A stretch of 64,000 nt of DNA. It comes from Vitrella brassicaformis CCMP3155. Taxonomy: Eukaryota; Protista; Chromerida. This document shows positions 25,102 to 38,500 of the stretch, one piece after another. The notes under the pieces were generated by a model. The model saw nothing but the letters and a program-made list of their open reading frames with translations, did no database searches and was not told where the DNA came from. The position numbers and the translations under genes are program-made. The DNA lies in the NCBI GenBank assembly GCA_001179505.1, contig CDMY01000291.1, forward strand, positions 68,040-132,039, written 5' to 3'. Position 1 is the first letter of the stretch. Each line of letters starts with the position of its first letter.

Positions 25102-26730
25102 CTCTGAGTGATTAGTTAGTGTATGAGTATGCATTGCATTGCATGGATGGAAGCACAGACAGGAAGGGCGGCTGGGTGCTTTGGCTGGATGTCTGTCTGT
25201 GTGGCTGGCGCTTCATCTTTTGAATGAACACGTATGTATGTATGTACACATGAATTGGGCGGGCGTGGCGTACGTATGAGGGGATCCGTGTACGTATACA
25301 GTACGATACAAACGGTGTATTATCCGTAACCGTACTTACCGTACTTCAACAAGCACAAGACGGTATTATCAGTACTCGCTAAGTCAATACTCGATAAGTA
25401 ACATATGAACACAGGTACAGGCAGGACCTCCCCGTACCCGTACGAGCAAGTCTTCCGTAAACATACGAGCCAGTATTCCATGCCTCCATACCCCGAGATG
25501 CGTCGAGACAATCAATTGGATGTCCTTACATACCTGTCTAGCTCCACGATGCATCACGACACGCCCGTGCTGTCCGAAGAACACATTTGTGTCTCTATCT
25601 GTGTCCTCCTTGTGTGTGTGCAGGCCCAACCCGACCCCTCCCCGCGTGCAGCCGGCATCCATCCCAACCTACCCCGACCACCCGGCATACAGCCGGCCCC
25701 CTGCCCACCATCTCCACCACCACAGCTACCCGCCACCAGAGACCATCGGCATGCACTGAAAACTGATGGTACGTACCGGCAGGAAATACACTTCGGCGCG
25801 TGTGCCTTCCTCATGTGTTGTTGCCTTGTGTTGTGTGTGTGGTTGTGTGTGCGATGGATGCAGCGTGTCGTTGCGTCACGATGTTGTTTGTCCTCGGGTG
25901 GAAAAGCACCGAGGGTTGAATAGAGGCATGTCGCTGAGGGAGTGAATATGTGTGTGCATATGAGTGAGTGAATATGGCAGTGAGATCCGCCGCCCCTGCT
26001 GCTGCGCTGCTGCTGCTGATGCTGCTGCTGATGCTGCTGATGGCGGTGGTGTGTCGGTGCATGGTTGGTACTTGTACTAGCCTAGACTCTCTATCTCTAT
26101 CTAGCTGCCTAGCTGTAGCTAATTGGTTGGACTGCTGGCCAAAGCGCTCCTCCTCGCCCTTGACCCCCTGGCTGCCTGTGAGTGCGTGAGTGTCGGCTGA
26201 CTGCACTGTCTAATCGATCGCACTCCCAGTGCGATCCTGGCTGACAATTGCGTGCGTTCATGGAAGATGATGATGGGACATAGATGACGATGACCATCCG
26301 TGGACGGTTCAACCGATCCCTACGTACCTGCCTGGCCTCAGTTTCTCGTCGTGCGTGTTGTGTGCTTGTGTGAGTGAATTGCGTGAGGGCCTGCATACCC
26401 GAGTAATGACTGAGTGAGCGAGTGAGTGATCCAGCCAGGGATCCAGCGAGTGAGCGAGCGACAGACAGACAAACAGACATACATACATACAGACAGACAG
26501 CTGGTTCGGCGTGTCAAGCCAAGTCTCTTTCTTCAACTTGTGCGTGTCGGTTCGTTTTGTCTGCGTTTTCTTCATCTTCGCTTTTCTTTTAATTCAGCGA
26601 CACCTGTAAGTAAGACACTCAGACACAGACTGATGAATGAGCAACATGTACACACATGTACGCACACAAACACACCCACACAATCAAGCACGAGTTAGTC
26701 ACCCGATTGGCCGCACTCACAGCACACACC

Positions 26731-28115
26731 ATGCCGAGCTATGGTTCCTTGCTCATCGTGCTTGGCTGCCTGCTCGCCACTCACACGGCAGGCCAGAGGT
26801 ACGCAACATGACGGACACCCACCCACCCATCCAGACTGTCCCTGTGCAGTGAGGCGGAGACACTGAACGACGAGCGGCTGATTGAGGACGCGTCCCATCC
26901 CTTCTCTGTGGACGTCAACAACAGTGGCGCGGGATCGCTGCTCATCGAGCGCGACAACAGCCACACCAAGCGACACTACCAAAACGCGTTTGTCAAGATG
27001 ACTGGCGGCGATGTGGAGGTGAAACACATGAATGAAGGAGAGAGAAACAGAAGCTCGGATCTCTTCTTGTGTGCGTGTGTCTGTCGCGTCAGGACAACCT
27101 CATCCGTGACGCCATCTGCTCTGGCGAGAAGTACTCGAACCGATGGTTCTACTCCACACAAGACGGCAGGTGTGTGTGCAAAGCGCCGCTGCGCATGCAT
27201 GGTTTGACGGATGGCTGTATGGCTGGATCTGGTCTTTGTATGTGTGACATCCATGGCTGCAGGTGCGACAAGTACTCTCACTTCACATACCGTGACATGA
27301 TGCGCGGGAGGACCAAATCCCGAGGCGAGGGCGTCGACGACAGAGACATGGAACGGTTCAGCAGACGGGAGAGGCCCATTCTGATTCCTGGCCAGCCCAT
27401 GGGCGGCCTCGATGAGGTCTGCAGGAAACTAAGGGGCAGGTGCGAAAAGACACACAGAGACAGCATGTGAATGAATGGGCCACGTGTCTTGTCTGTTGGT
27501 ATGTATGTGTCTTGTCTGTCCAAACAGGCGCTCGTATTTCGACCCCAACTTGGGTTTCTGCTCGATCCGAGATGAGATTCTCCCTCTCCAAATTTGTCAG
27601 ACAGCGGTGAGGCCTCGCCGCCCTGTCACTTTCCTACCGTACTGAATGCGCCTGTGCGTTTGCATGTGTGTGTTCAGCTGTTGGAGAACACTCGCGAAGC
27701 GCTCCGCAATGAGCTGGGCTTCGAACGCACATCCACACAGCGAATCGGAGGTCGGCATGTCTCTCCACACACATGCATACGGCACATCAACCAAAGACAC
27801 GGCTCTTGCGTGTCCTGTCTCTGTGTGCAGATCGTTACTGTGAGGTGTTCAGGTGGCCGTATCCGACAGACTCGCGCAAGGCCATGTTGCTGATGGGTAT
27901 CGAGTCGTTGCTGTCGAGTCAGGCCGAGCAATACCACATCCAACAGGACACACAGGGTGAGATGACCAACACGAACAAAGCTAGCCAGAGAGACGTGTGA
28001 TGTGTGGCCTGTGTTTGCTGTGTGTGTGTCAGTTTCGAAGCTGGCCGCCTCGCTGCGCAACAAGGCAAAGAGGGAGCAGTCAGGCATTCTGGCCAGGATG
28101 AGAGGCATCGCGTGA
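26731..28115 (+). CDS. Secreted Cys-containing protein, copy 1 (8 exons)
   Basis: Signal-peptide-like start MPSYGSLLIVLGCLLATHTAGQ; exons splice in frame to ...ARMRGIA*. A near-identical inverted copy lies at 33136-34525. Confidence 0.8.
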
Positions 28116-31100
28116 GAGAACAATGTGGCAGCAGTCTCATGATGATTGTGGATGCACAAGTGACGCACGAGTGACGTACACTCATGTACTGTCGTCATCC
28201 ATTACATCGAGACCATGAGAAGGGAGAAGTCACATGCAACTCCAATTAGCTGTTGTACTCAGTCTGTCATCCTGCCTCCGACCTCTATGCTTTTGAACCT
28301 CACCCGGAGAGAAAGTCGACGAAAAATACCTTTTCTCCTTCCCCTCCCCTCCTCACGAGCTCAGCTCGCAGACCGACAAGTGTGAATTTTGGCGAAGAGG
28401 AGCAGAAAGGTCTGTGCTGCGTAGAACAGCGCTGCCTCTGCATGCCTTTGCTGAAAATCGGCCTCATTTGATTCCCTCTGCCAACTCGCCTCAGTCGAGT
28501 GTGATCCCCGCGTGTCCAGCTGCCTGAAGAGAAGGGGAGTGATTGTTTCAGCGCGAGAGTGAGTGTGCGTAGGCGGCAAGATCTCGGTCCTGTTCCTTGC
28601 CTAGAATCGGTGTCCTGTCGCGCGACTAGCAGCGCACCTTTGTGGGGAGACCGTGATGGGTGCGAGGCCGAGTAGCGAGGTCAAGGTGGCTCACAGCGGA
28701 GCAGCGGCAAGCAATGTGGCGGCTCCCGCTGCGAGTGCGAGGCGTCCGGAGTACCCCCCTGGCACAAGCATGATGGACATCCCGCATGACGTAAGCACAA
28801 GACGTACGGGATGGAGGAGGACGATGCTGACGTTTGTATGTCCTCTGTGGGTGTTGTTGTTTGTCTCTGCAGGTTGAGTGTCCGATTTGTCTCGAGGTGT
28901 TTGAGCGACCGGCCACGCTCTCATGCGGTCATACGTTCTGCTTGTCATGCGTTGCTGGCATGCCCGCCTGCCCCGTGTGCAGGCAAAGCATCGACAACAA
29001 GCCTAAGGTGGGATGAGGGAAAACGGCGCACACACGGAGGGGAGTGTTGAAGGTGGGCTCTTCTCGCGTGTTGGTCGTGTTGCAGGAGGATGTGTGTTTC
29101 ACGCGGCGCCTCACGTCTGAGTCTCGTAAGCGACATCTGAACAGCTACTACACACAAAATCGCTTCACCGGCAGCATTTCATCCTGGTTGTGTCATGGTT
29201 GGTTGGTTGGTTTTGCTGTCAGTGTGGTGCCGTTGCGGTGCGAAGGTCCCTCTGGCGGAAGCAAATGCGCATGCCAGCAAGTGCCCCGACTGCATTGAGT
29301 CCAGATGCTCCACCGAAAAAGCCAAATACGTCCCGCGTACGCAGCCCAGCCACATCAAGCGCGACATGCATCGAGATTGGACATGCCACCGGTTGTTCTG
29401 GTTGATTTGTTTGTCCCTTTGTCAGCGTCGACTCGTTCGGGTGCGTCGTCGTCTGGTGGTGCGTTAGGCTACTACCCCACGGCCACGTCGACCTACGACT
29501 GCCCTTTGTGTCCGATGGGGCCCTTCACCGTGCAGCAGCTCATCCGACACTGCGAGCAACACCACTCGTCCGGCAACCGAGCCGCTGTGTAAGTATCCAC
29601 ACACAGACACGTATGCACGGACACACATGACGGTCGTGGTGTCGTGGGTCTGTGTGATTGCAGGTGTCCAATATGCGCGTCGCTTCCGTGGGGCGATCCA
29701 CATTATTGGAGCCGCAACTTCGTGGTGAGGAGACTGCGTCAAAGGTGGCGATGTGGTGTAGATCTGCGGCCTGAATTCTCTCTGTCAGGCGCATCTGAGG
29801 CAGCGACATCGGTACCACGGCGACTACGGACACAGTGCATCCACCAGCAGCTCGGCCGCAGCGAGCGCTGCATCGGTGAGACAGGGAGGGATTGAGGGAA
29901 GGAAGACGCCAGCTGATACCACACCTCTCTGCTGGTTGCTTGTTGATGTCAGGGTGTGTTGTATGAGTCTGCCCAGTCGTCCGCTGCCCTGATGGAGTCG
30001 GAGGACGTCGTGCTGCAGCGCGTCCTGCTCGAGTCCCTCACCACAGCCAGCCACCCGCCCCCTCCCCCTCCTTCATCGCACCACACCGACGTCAATGCAT
30101 CCTCGCCTGCAGCTGTCTACGCCGCCCTGTCTGCCTGCACCAACAGCAGCACCACCATCGGCAGCTCCACCACTCAGTCGGGCAGCAGCAGCAGCAGCAG
30201 CAGCAGTGAGGGGGGCACCACGAACGACTCGCCGGCGCCATCGCCCGGTTCCTCGCCTGTCATGTCGACACCCCCGCAGCCACGCACTGTCGAGAGCGAC
30301 TGACTGGTGTGGTGGGTGGGGGTGGGAGGATTATTTAAGGGGGGCGGGGGTTGCTGTTGGTGTGAGTGGAGTGGGTGGGTGGGTGGGTGGGCGGCGTTGC
30401 ATTTGGCATTTTCTTTGTGCCTTTTTTTACTACTTGTGATGGGTTGGATCATTGGGCTATGGCGTGGCGGTAATTCGTGTCCATCGGTTGTGAGAAGGGA
30501 TGCGCACTGGCGGGGATGGAATGCTACAATGTTGCTGGCTTGCCTCATTCTGCGCGTCGCAGTTCCGAGTCTCTTTGCTTGCTGCTTGGTAACGCCCTTG
30601 ACTGTTGCTGTCATCTGTAGCAGCCGAGAGCGTCATCACGCGGCCTTACAAGAGACTCGGAACACCATGCGCATGGAGAGAAAGGCAGAGGCAAGGGAGC
30701 AGATCAGCATTCAGCACGCAGTTGCGTCTGTGTGGGTGGGTGTGAGTGCCGTCCCCTGTACCATAAGGCGGGACGACGTGACGTGGGCGTCACCTCTTAC
30801 TCGTCTCCCGTCATCTTATCTACATATCGCACGGGCACATGCGCACCCGCGACTCGCTCACTATCCATAGTGCGCCACTCCCCTCTTTTTATTCTTCCTT
30901 TCTCCCGTGTTGACCACCTAGATGAAACAACATCCAGACAAGGCGTTACTTTTTTTCGCTTCTCGTCCGTCAAAGCGCAACTGATGGTGTGTAGTTTTTT
31001 TCTTGAGGAGTGTGTTTGCTAGTCGGGAGCAGAGCAGCCCGCCACCCTACCTACACCGGACTCACCAGAGTGCCCGGATGTACAGTCTACATCACACGGT

Positions 31101-34100
31101 GTATCGCAGTCACTGCATTGCTCGGCGCTCTGGTCTGCTGCCGGTCGTGTCAGCACACGCACACACACGTATATATACTCCACACACACATGACGGGAGA
31201 GGGAGGGTGTAAGGTCGCGTGCCGTGTGTCTTGTTTGTGTCGTTCCATTGTAGCATAGTGATTGTCTGTCTGTCTGTCTGGTCGTCGTGCATACAAACTT
31301 GCGTCCATGGAAACACGGGTGAAGATGAGTGGATGGGGAGGGGGGGTCGGGCCGTTATGATATCCATGCCGTGTTGTGTTGTTGTGTGTATTTGTCCATG
31401 TCCATTCGCGTCGTCTGTATGATGAAGGACGCCTCTCGCAAGGGCGAGAGGCGTTGGCTCCCACGCACCCGTCCGGCACACGATGAGACAGGTCGCTAGG
31501 TGGGCAGTATGCATATTATACATCACGTGTGTCGGTACGGAGGCGCAGTTGTATGGTCGCTGTTCACACCGTTCACACATACACCCAGGCGGTCACTTTT
31601 CTTCTTCGGGCACATATCGATGGGCGTATCGTATATATGAGTATTCATATGAATGCGTGTTGCATGGAAGGTGGTCTCACTGAATGGTGATGATGAATGA
31701 CATCATGGCATTGCATTGTACACTAGCTACGGTAACTGGGCGTGCGTACCTGTGTGTGTCTCACTGACTACACTGCCTGCCTTGCATACTGCCTGTTGAA
31801 GTGCGGGCGGCTGCTGCCTTGCTCCCAGCCAAGCCCAGCATGCCACTCTCCCTCCCTCCCCCATTCATGCGCTGCATACGTACATACGTACATGTTGGTG
31901 TCGTTTAGTCGATCATACATACATACGTATACACATGACACGCATACGTAACACACGCGCCCGCCACACCACATGCATGACACAACAACAACACACATCA
32001 CATCGGACTCATTTTTACCCGCGGTGCCGTGTTGTGTGTGGTTTTGACGGACAGCGAGAGGACGGGCGAACAGACACACAGGAACAGACAGACAGACAGA
32101 CAGTGACAACCGTGGCTGTGGTTGCCATGCGGTCGGTCGCCATGCCTCCGCATTGATGAGTGATGGCGGCTCGTGGCTCTCGACATACGGCCTTCATGTT
32201 ATGTGTGTGTGCGTGGTTCGTGTCTTTTTCGTGACCACCCCGACCCCTCCTCGTATCGCTTTGACGATGTCTGTCCGTGTTGTGCTGTGAGTGTGTGGGT
32301 GGGTTGATTTTGGTGGGCTGACTAGGTGGCTGGCTGGCTGGCTGGGCGGTTTGGCGGTCTTATTCGCTGGAATGTATCTCAATCTCAATATGATGACTCC
32401 ATCTACCTCCTTTTGTATTTTTGGTTGAACGTAGTCGTCAAACGACACCGGAAAAGACGACAGAGGACACACAGCACCCTTCGTTTGTCTTCGTCTTGCT
32501 GCTGCGTGCCTCGTGGATCTCTATGTCGCTTATACCCGTCGATTCGAGCGCACTTCTTTTTAATTCACGCAGCTGCTGGACAGAGAGGGAAGGTGCTCTG
32601 GGTGTGGTGGTACTAGTTATGCCTCACCGCCTTGCCAGTCATTCTAGCTAGCGGACATACCCATCCGTTGTGCATGTGCTGTCTGTGACCGACTGACTGT
32701 TTGTCTGACTGACTTGCTCCGCTACTCCATGCATGATGTTTGCGTGCCTTTCCGTCTTGGTGTGTACTCGATTTATGAGTGTATCTCTCCCCTCTAACAC
32801 TGTCAACCGAGCTGCACGCATCGTGGCCACTTTAGCGGCTGTCCCACGCCACCGGGAGTCCGGCGCAGAGGATCCCCGAGCTAACAGACCTGGAGTTACC
32901 GCCATCTCGTTGCCATCGTGCGAGGCCCACTTCCCTCCAAGCAGAGATGATAAAGTCCCACCTGAGAACACCGTGTTTTCTTGTCCCCCGCCCGTGTGTT
33001 CAGGCTGGCCCTCGCTTAAGCGATTTGTCCCGATGTAATGGATGAGGACAGATATGAATACATGTGTGTACGTCCTCCATTACATCACTTGTGCATCCAC
33101 AATCATCATGAGACTGCTGCTGTCACATTGTTCTCTCACGCGATGCCTCTCATCCTGGCCAGAATGCCTGACTGCTCCGCCTTTCTGTTGTTGCGCAGCG
33201 AAGCGGCCAGCTTCGAAACTGACACACACACAGCCATCACACGTCTCTCTGGCTAGCTTTGTTCGTGTTCGTCATCTCACCCTGTGTGTCCTGTTGGATG
33301 TGGTACTGCTCGGCCTGACTCGACAGCAACGACTCGATACCCATCAGCAACATGGCCTTGCGCGGGTCTGTCGGATACGGCCACCTGAACACCTCACAGT
33401 AACGATCTGCACACAGAGACAGGACACGAAGGAGCCGTGTCTCTTGTTGTTGATGTGCCTTATGCATGTGTGTGGAGAGAGATGCCGACCTCCGATTCGC
33501 TGTGTGGATGTGCGTTCGAAGCCCAGCTCGTTGCGGAGCGCTTCGCGAGTGTTCTCCAACAGCTGAACACACACATGCAAACGCACAGGCGCATTCAGTA
33601 CGGTAGGAAAGTGACAGGGCGGAGAGGCCTCACCGCTGTCTGACTGATTTGGAGAGGGAGAATCTCATCTCGGATCGAGCAGAAACCCAAGTTGGGGTCG
33701 AAATACGAGCGCCTGTTTGGACAGACAAGACACATACATACCAACAGACAAGACACGTGGCCCACTCATTCACATGCTGTCTCTGTGTGTCTTTTCGCAC
33801 CTGCCCCTTAGTTTCCTGCAGACCTCATCGAGGCCGCCCATGGGCTGGCCAGGAATCAGAATGGGCCTCTCCCGTCTGCTGAACAGTTCCATGTCTCTGT
33901 CATCGACGCCCTCGCCTCGGGATTTGGTCCTCCCGCGCATCATGTCACGGTATGTGAAGTGAGAGTACTTGTCGCACCTGCAGCCATGGATGTCACACAT
34001 ACGAAGACCAGATCCAGCCATCCGTCAAACCATGCATGCGCAGCGGCGCTTTGCACACACACCTGCCGTCTTGTGTGGAGTAGAACCATCGGTTGCTGTA

Positions 34101-34500
34101 CTGTCCACCAGAGCAGATGGCGTCGCGGATGAGGTTGTCCTGACACGCACACACAAAGAGATCCGTGCGTCTCGTCCCTCTCCTTCACTCATGTTGTCCA
34201 CCTCCACATCGCCGCCAGTCATCCTGACAAAGACGTTCTGGTAGTGTCGCTTGGCGTGGCTGCTGTCGCGCTGGATGAGCAGCGATCCCGCGCCACTGTT
34301 GTTGACGTCCACAGAGAAGGGATGAGACGCGTCCTCAATCAGCCGCTCGTCGTTCATTGTCTCCACCTCACTGCACAGAGACAAGATGGATGGATGGATG
34401 GATGGATGGATGGATGGGTGGGTGTCTCTCTGTCCCTCTGTGCGTGTCCGTCATGTTGTGCACCTCTGGCTGGAGACGGGCAGCACGATGAGCAAGGAAC
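26745..34500. repeat. Inverted duplication: arms ~26745-28180 and ~33065-34500, spacer ~4.9 kb containing the RING gene
   Basis: Exons and introns match on opposite strands; for example the intron after ...RKLRGR differs at one base. Confidence 0.95.
28656..30303 (+). CDS. RNF114/RNF125/RNF138/RNF166-type E3 ubiquitin ligase (RING-C2HC-Di19 C2H2-UIM)
   Basis: RING: [24 protein letters not shown]...CPVC. C2HC: [19 protein letters not shown]. Di19-type: YDCPLC...LIRHCEQHH...[31 protein letters not shown]: [13 protein letters not shown]. Confidence 0.9.
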
Positions 34501-34525
34501 CCCCACATTCAGTACGGAACCGCAT
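33136..34525 (-). CDS. Secreted Cys-containing protein, copy 2 (inverted paralog with shortened N-terminal hydrophobic segment)
   Basis: Same exon structure as 26731-28115. It starts MRFRTECGGSLLIVLPVSSQ and has an open frame to ...ARMRGIA*. Confidence 0.75.
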
Positions 34526-35549
34526 GAATCCCTCCCAACCACATCGACAAGAGGGAGGGAGAAAGAGAGAGGATCGTAGTGTACGTGTGCCGGTGGGAAC
34601 ACACGGGGAGACGCAATCACTCACAGAGATATACGCGAGAACAGGTTCGGTACGGACATCCGTGCAATCAGTCCACATACGAATGAACCATGCATGGCAG
34701 AGTGTCTGACAACACGGCGTGTGGAAGGCATAAATGACCATACGCAAATCGGCCGATGCACACGCATCGCGCTAGAACGCAGCAGATGTGCTATCGACAT
34801 GCACAGGTAGACTATCGACAGATTTCCCGTCACTCGCAGTCACGACACCAACACAGAGAGAGGCCAACAAACACATCTCACATGCACCACACAAATCTCT
34901 GGGCCGCCGTTTGTTCTCTTGTGTCTCGCGTCCTTGCTGCGACTGTCGTCCCTTCGGCGGCTGGTGGCCCAACGTTGACAGGCGCTCAATGGTCCTCTTG
35001 AGTCTCTCGTGGAAGTGGTTGGTCAGCCTAATCGTTGGTCCAAGCGGGCGGGTGTCCTCATTCTGTCTTGAGTGCTGGCTTCTGTCACGTCTGTCTTGCT
35101 GTCCCCACGGTCAGGACGATACCAGCAGTCCGAGGAAAAGTGGCCGCTGTCGCGATTGTGGCAGTGCTTGCAGTAATGGCGAGTATGATCCTCCGTACAG
35201 CCACGAACACGACACTGGCGGCGACCCTGTGCAACAGAAGGGCACAGGGGGAAAGAAAGGAGAGGTCACTCGTGTGTTTGGCTGTACGTGCGGCGAGGCT
35301 TACTCGGCGAGAGGCAGAGCCGGTGTTGTTTCTGGGAGCCACGGGAGCGAAAGGCATGGTGACACTCACGGACACAGGAGAAAAGCGGAATGTTCAGGAA
35401 AGGAAAGAACGGAAGGAAGAAAAGCGAACGGAAGTTGACTGGGCCCAACGGCCAACGGCGCAAATCGGTTTCACGATCATTCGCAACCCGTCTACCTGAT
35501 TCACAATGAGTGAGGGGATGACGAGATCTTGACAGATCTTTGCCGTCGG

Positions 35550-38500
35550 ATGTCGCGAGAAGGTGAGAGCGAGAGAGCGCGTCTTCTTACACGCCATCCG
35601 ACCAACACGCACACCTCTCACCCTCTGTGTGTGTGTGTGTGTGTGTGTTCAGGCGTGAGGTCTACGAGGACCTGCTCGTTCTGGCGACAGGTTCGTATTC
35701 AAACGGAACGTAGCTGGTTCTGGCAAGTTGGTCGATTCTTTGTTTGCTTGTCTGCAGGGGCATTGTAGGAACGGCGAAAGTTGCGATTGGCCTCACGCAG
35801 GAATCCCCCAACTCTGTCAGAGGGGGAGCACTTGCAATTTACGTGAGGAAGAGGACTGGTGACCACCTTCATGTTAAGTTTTCACGGTTGCTTGTGTTCT
35901 CCAGGGTCCTGGTATGGGTGGACCTGTCCATACGCACACTCTCAAGAGGAAGTGGAGCTCTTCAGTCGGTCCCGGAATGACCCACGACAAGCACAAGCGC
36001 CACTGCCGCATGCTCACTCCGCACCACCACCTCCTCGGGCACCTCCTCAACCACAACAAAACGATGAAGGCTATGGTACGAGTTTTCCTGATGCAGAAAA
36101 GGCGGGAATGAATCTAGCGGCAGCGGAGGGCAGCGGTGCGACGGAAGAAACCAATACAAGGTAGGAACAAGCAGAGAAACAAAGCGATGTGTCATCATCA
36201 GCCGTTATTTCTCTTCATTAGTTGTCCTTAGCGTTCTCGTTGAGAGACCTTCTTCATCGTCTTCAGCCCAGCAGCCTGACCCTGCCCCCTCCTCTTTTCC
36301 TTGCGAGGACACTCCCTCGGGGACGGACAACGGACACACGATCGGGGCTCCCCGCTCAAATTCCAGCCCGATGCCGCCTCTCCCTGCTGCATCCCGGGAT
36401 GACCAGGAGGCGCGTGGTCATGATACAGATGCCACCTCTTCCGTTGAGGGACTTTCTTCGCCGAACTCTTCTTCGGCACAGCACCCTGCCCCTCTTCCTT
36501 CCTCTCCCTCTTCCCTTCGCAGGCTCCCCTCTTCAACGGCTACCGAGATTTACGTTGGGCCTGAGAGCAAAGCAGCTCCATCGGTGTCCCACCTGCCACA
36601 ACCTCCTTGCGCTGAATGCACTGAGGACGAGGAATCGCGTGGACATGGTCCCAATGGAACAGACGTGAGTGCAGCTGACGAAGTGGAACACCACCCAGCG
36701 AGGTATGCAGAACCTAAGATACCCAGACTCCTGTGTGTGTTTTGTCTGTGCAGTTGGTGGAAAGGGCGGCCCGGCGTGAGGCAATTCTGCGGCGGCCGGT
36801 CTTCACAGGGCCTGACGCCCCGGGCACGCCACAGAGTGAGAGGGATGAGGAGGCCGGGCTGTGGGTCCCGGACCCAAGGGAGATGGGCGCGGTCGGCCGG
36901 CTTCTGCAGCTGGCCGACCGCATGGATCTCATCTACAATCCCCGGCGCTCCACCATGGGGACGGGGCCCATGTTTGTGGAGGAAATCCCTATTAGACGTA
37001 AGACAAAGGCAACAGAATGACTTGCAAATGACCTGCCTACCATCCTTTTCACTGCATCTTTTGTGTGTCTCGTTCTGCAGACATAGAGTGGGACGACCGG
37101 CTAGAGCTGGGGGCGGGAGCATTTGGCGTGGTAAGTGGATTGGCTGAGTCATCTGTGACGTGCGATGGTCTGCATTTGTCATTTTGCCGCTGTCAGGTGG
37201 AGAGCGGCACGCTGCGGAGGACACAGCGGGTGGCAATGAAATCGGTGTTTCTCTCAAGGCTGAGAGGTGATGGGAGGACTCATCATCATTGTGCGTGTCT
37301 CTCTTGTCTGCCTGCCTGCCTGCCTACCTGCAGACCCCCCTGAAGAGCCGGAAATTGAGGAGATAGACAACTTTCAGAGAGAAGTAGAAACATACAGGTA
37401 TCCACCAATGCAATCTCTCTCTACAGCAGCGACACATAAACTGTCTCTTTGGTTATTGTGACAGCTACATGGACCACATCAACGTTTTGAAGATCATAGG
37501 AGTAGTTCGGCACCAGGGGATGTGACTTTGCACGCCCCCCGCACGTGCATTGTGGTGGATTTCATTGACGGCCGTAAGGGAAATAATGCATGCGATACAC
37601 ACGTTGACGTTGATGACATGCATGGCGTGTCTCTCTATGTGCTCTCTGACAGACACGCTCAGCACCCGCCTCAGACCGCCCCCTCCCCCGCCACCACCAA
37701 CGCCTTACATCCCATCCCATCCCCTGCCCCCTGCCCCCGCCACCCCCGACGCGCCAACAACGGCTCAGTTGGGCCCAGCAGATGGTATGGGAATTATTTT
37801 GTCTTCGTTCTTGTCGGATTGAGTGTGTGTCTCTTGATCTTTGTTTGATGTCTGCAGGCGCGGGGCATCCACTACATCCATCAACGGGGATTTGTGCATC
37901 GTGACATCAAGCCTGACGTGAGCTATCACGCCATTCAATACGCACACGCGTTCGTGGAAACCGTCGTGGCTCGTGTCCTGACTGTGCGTCGCTCAGAATG
38001 CACTGATTCGGAAGGCGGACGGGCTGCTCAAGATAGCCGACTTCGGGATGGCAGAGCGGATTCAGGTATGTCAGGAATGAGAACCAGATACAACGTACAC
38101 ACAAACGTACACCACAGCAGAGGACAGAAGCGAATCCCGTGTCTCTGCGTTCGTTGCCTTTGTTGGCGTGGTGTGTGTGTGTGTGTGTGTAGAATGGGAG
38201 GGTGTATCCCCCGGACCCAAGGGGCGGCACCCTCAACTACATGGCACCGGAGATTTAGCAGCGGCGAATCCTCACCCCAAAAGTGGACATTTGGGCATTT
38301 GGTGAGCCCAGCGCTATTCACCTTGAAGATGGTCTATGAACGAGGCCGCTTGGGTGCGCTTTTCTCGCTGCGTGCAGGCTGCTGTCTTATTGAGATATCC
38401 GGGGGGGGCATTCCTTGGCGGGAGTTTCTGAATTGCGAGGGCTGGGATAGGCATGGCGTCATCAATGCCGTAACCCTGCAGCGGCGCCACCCTCGGGTGC

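Noticed and set aside
25290-25760. CCGTA/TACGG-rich stretch and small ORFs (25405-25759) as a MITE or extra gene
   Set aside because: No terminal inverted repeats or target-site duplication could be defined, and the ORFs are low-complexity with no convincing splice path.
32720-33040. Non-repetitive ~300 bp stretch with short ORFs on both strands
   Set aside because: No recognisable protein motif, RNA structure or element ends; left unannotated.
35090-35440. Cys-containing ORF (CRDCGSAC...CTC) upstream of the kinase pseudogene
   Set aside because: No clear splice connection or family; it may be a further decayed 5' exon but cannot be supported.
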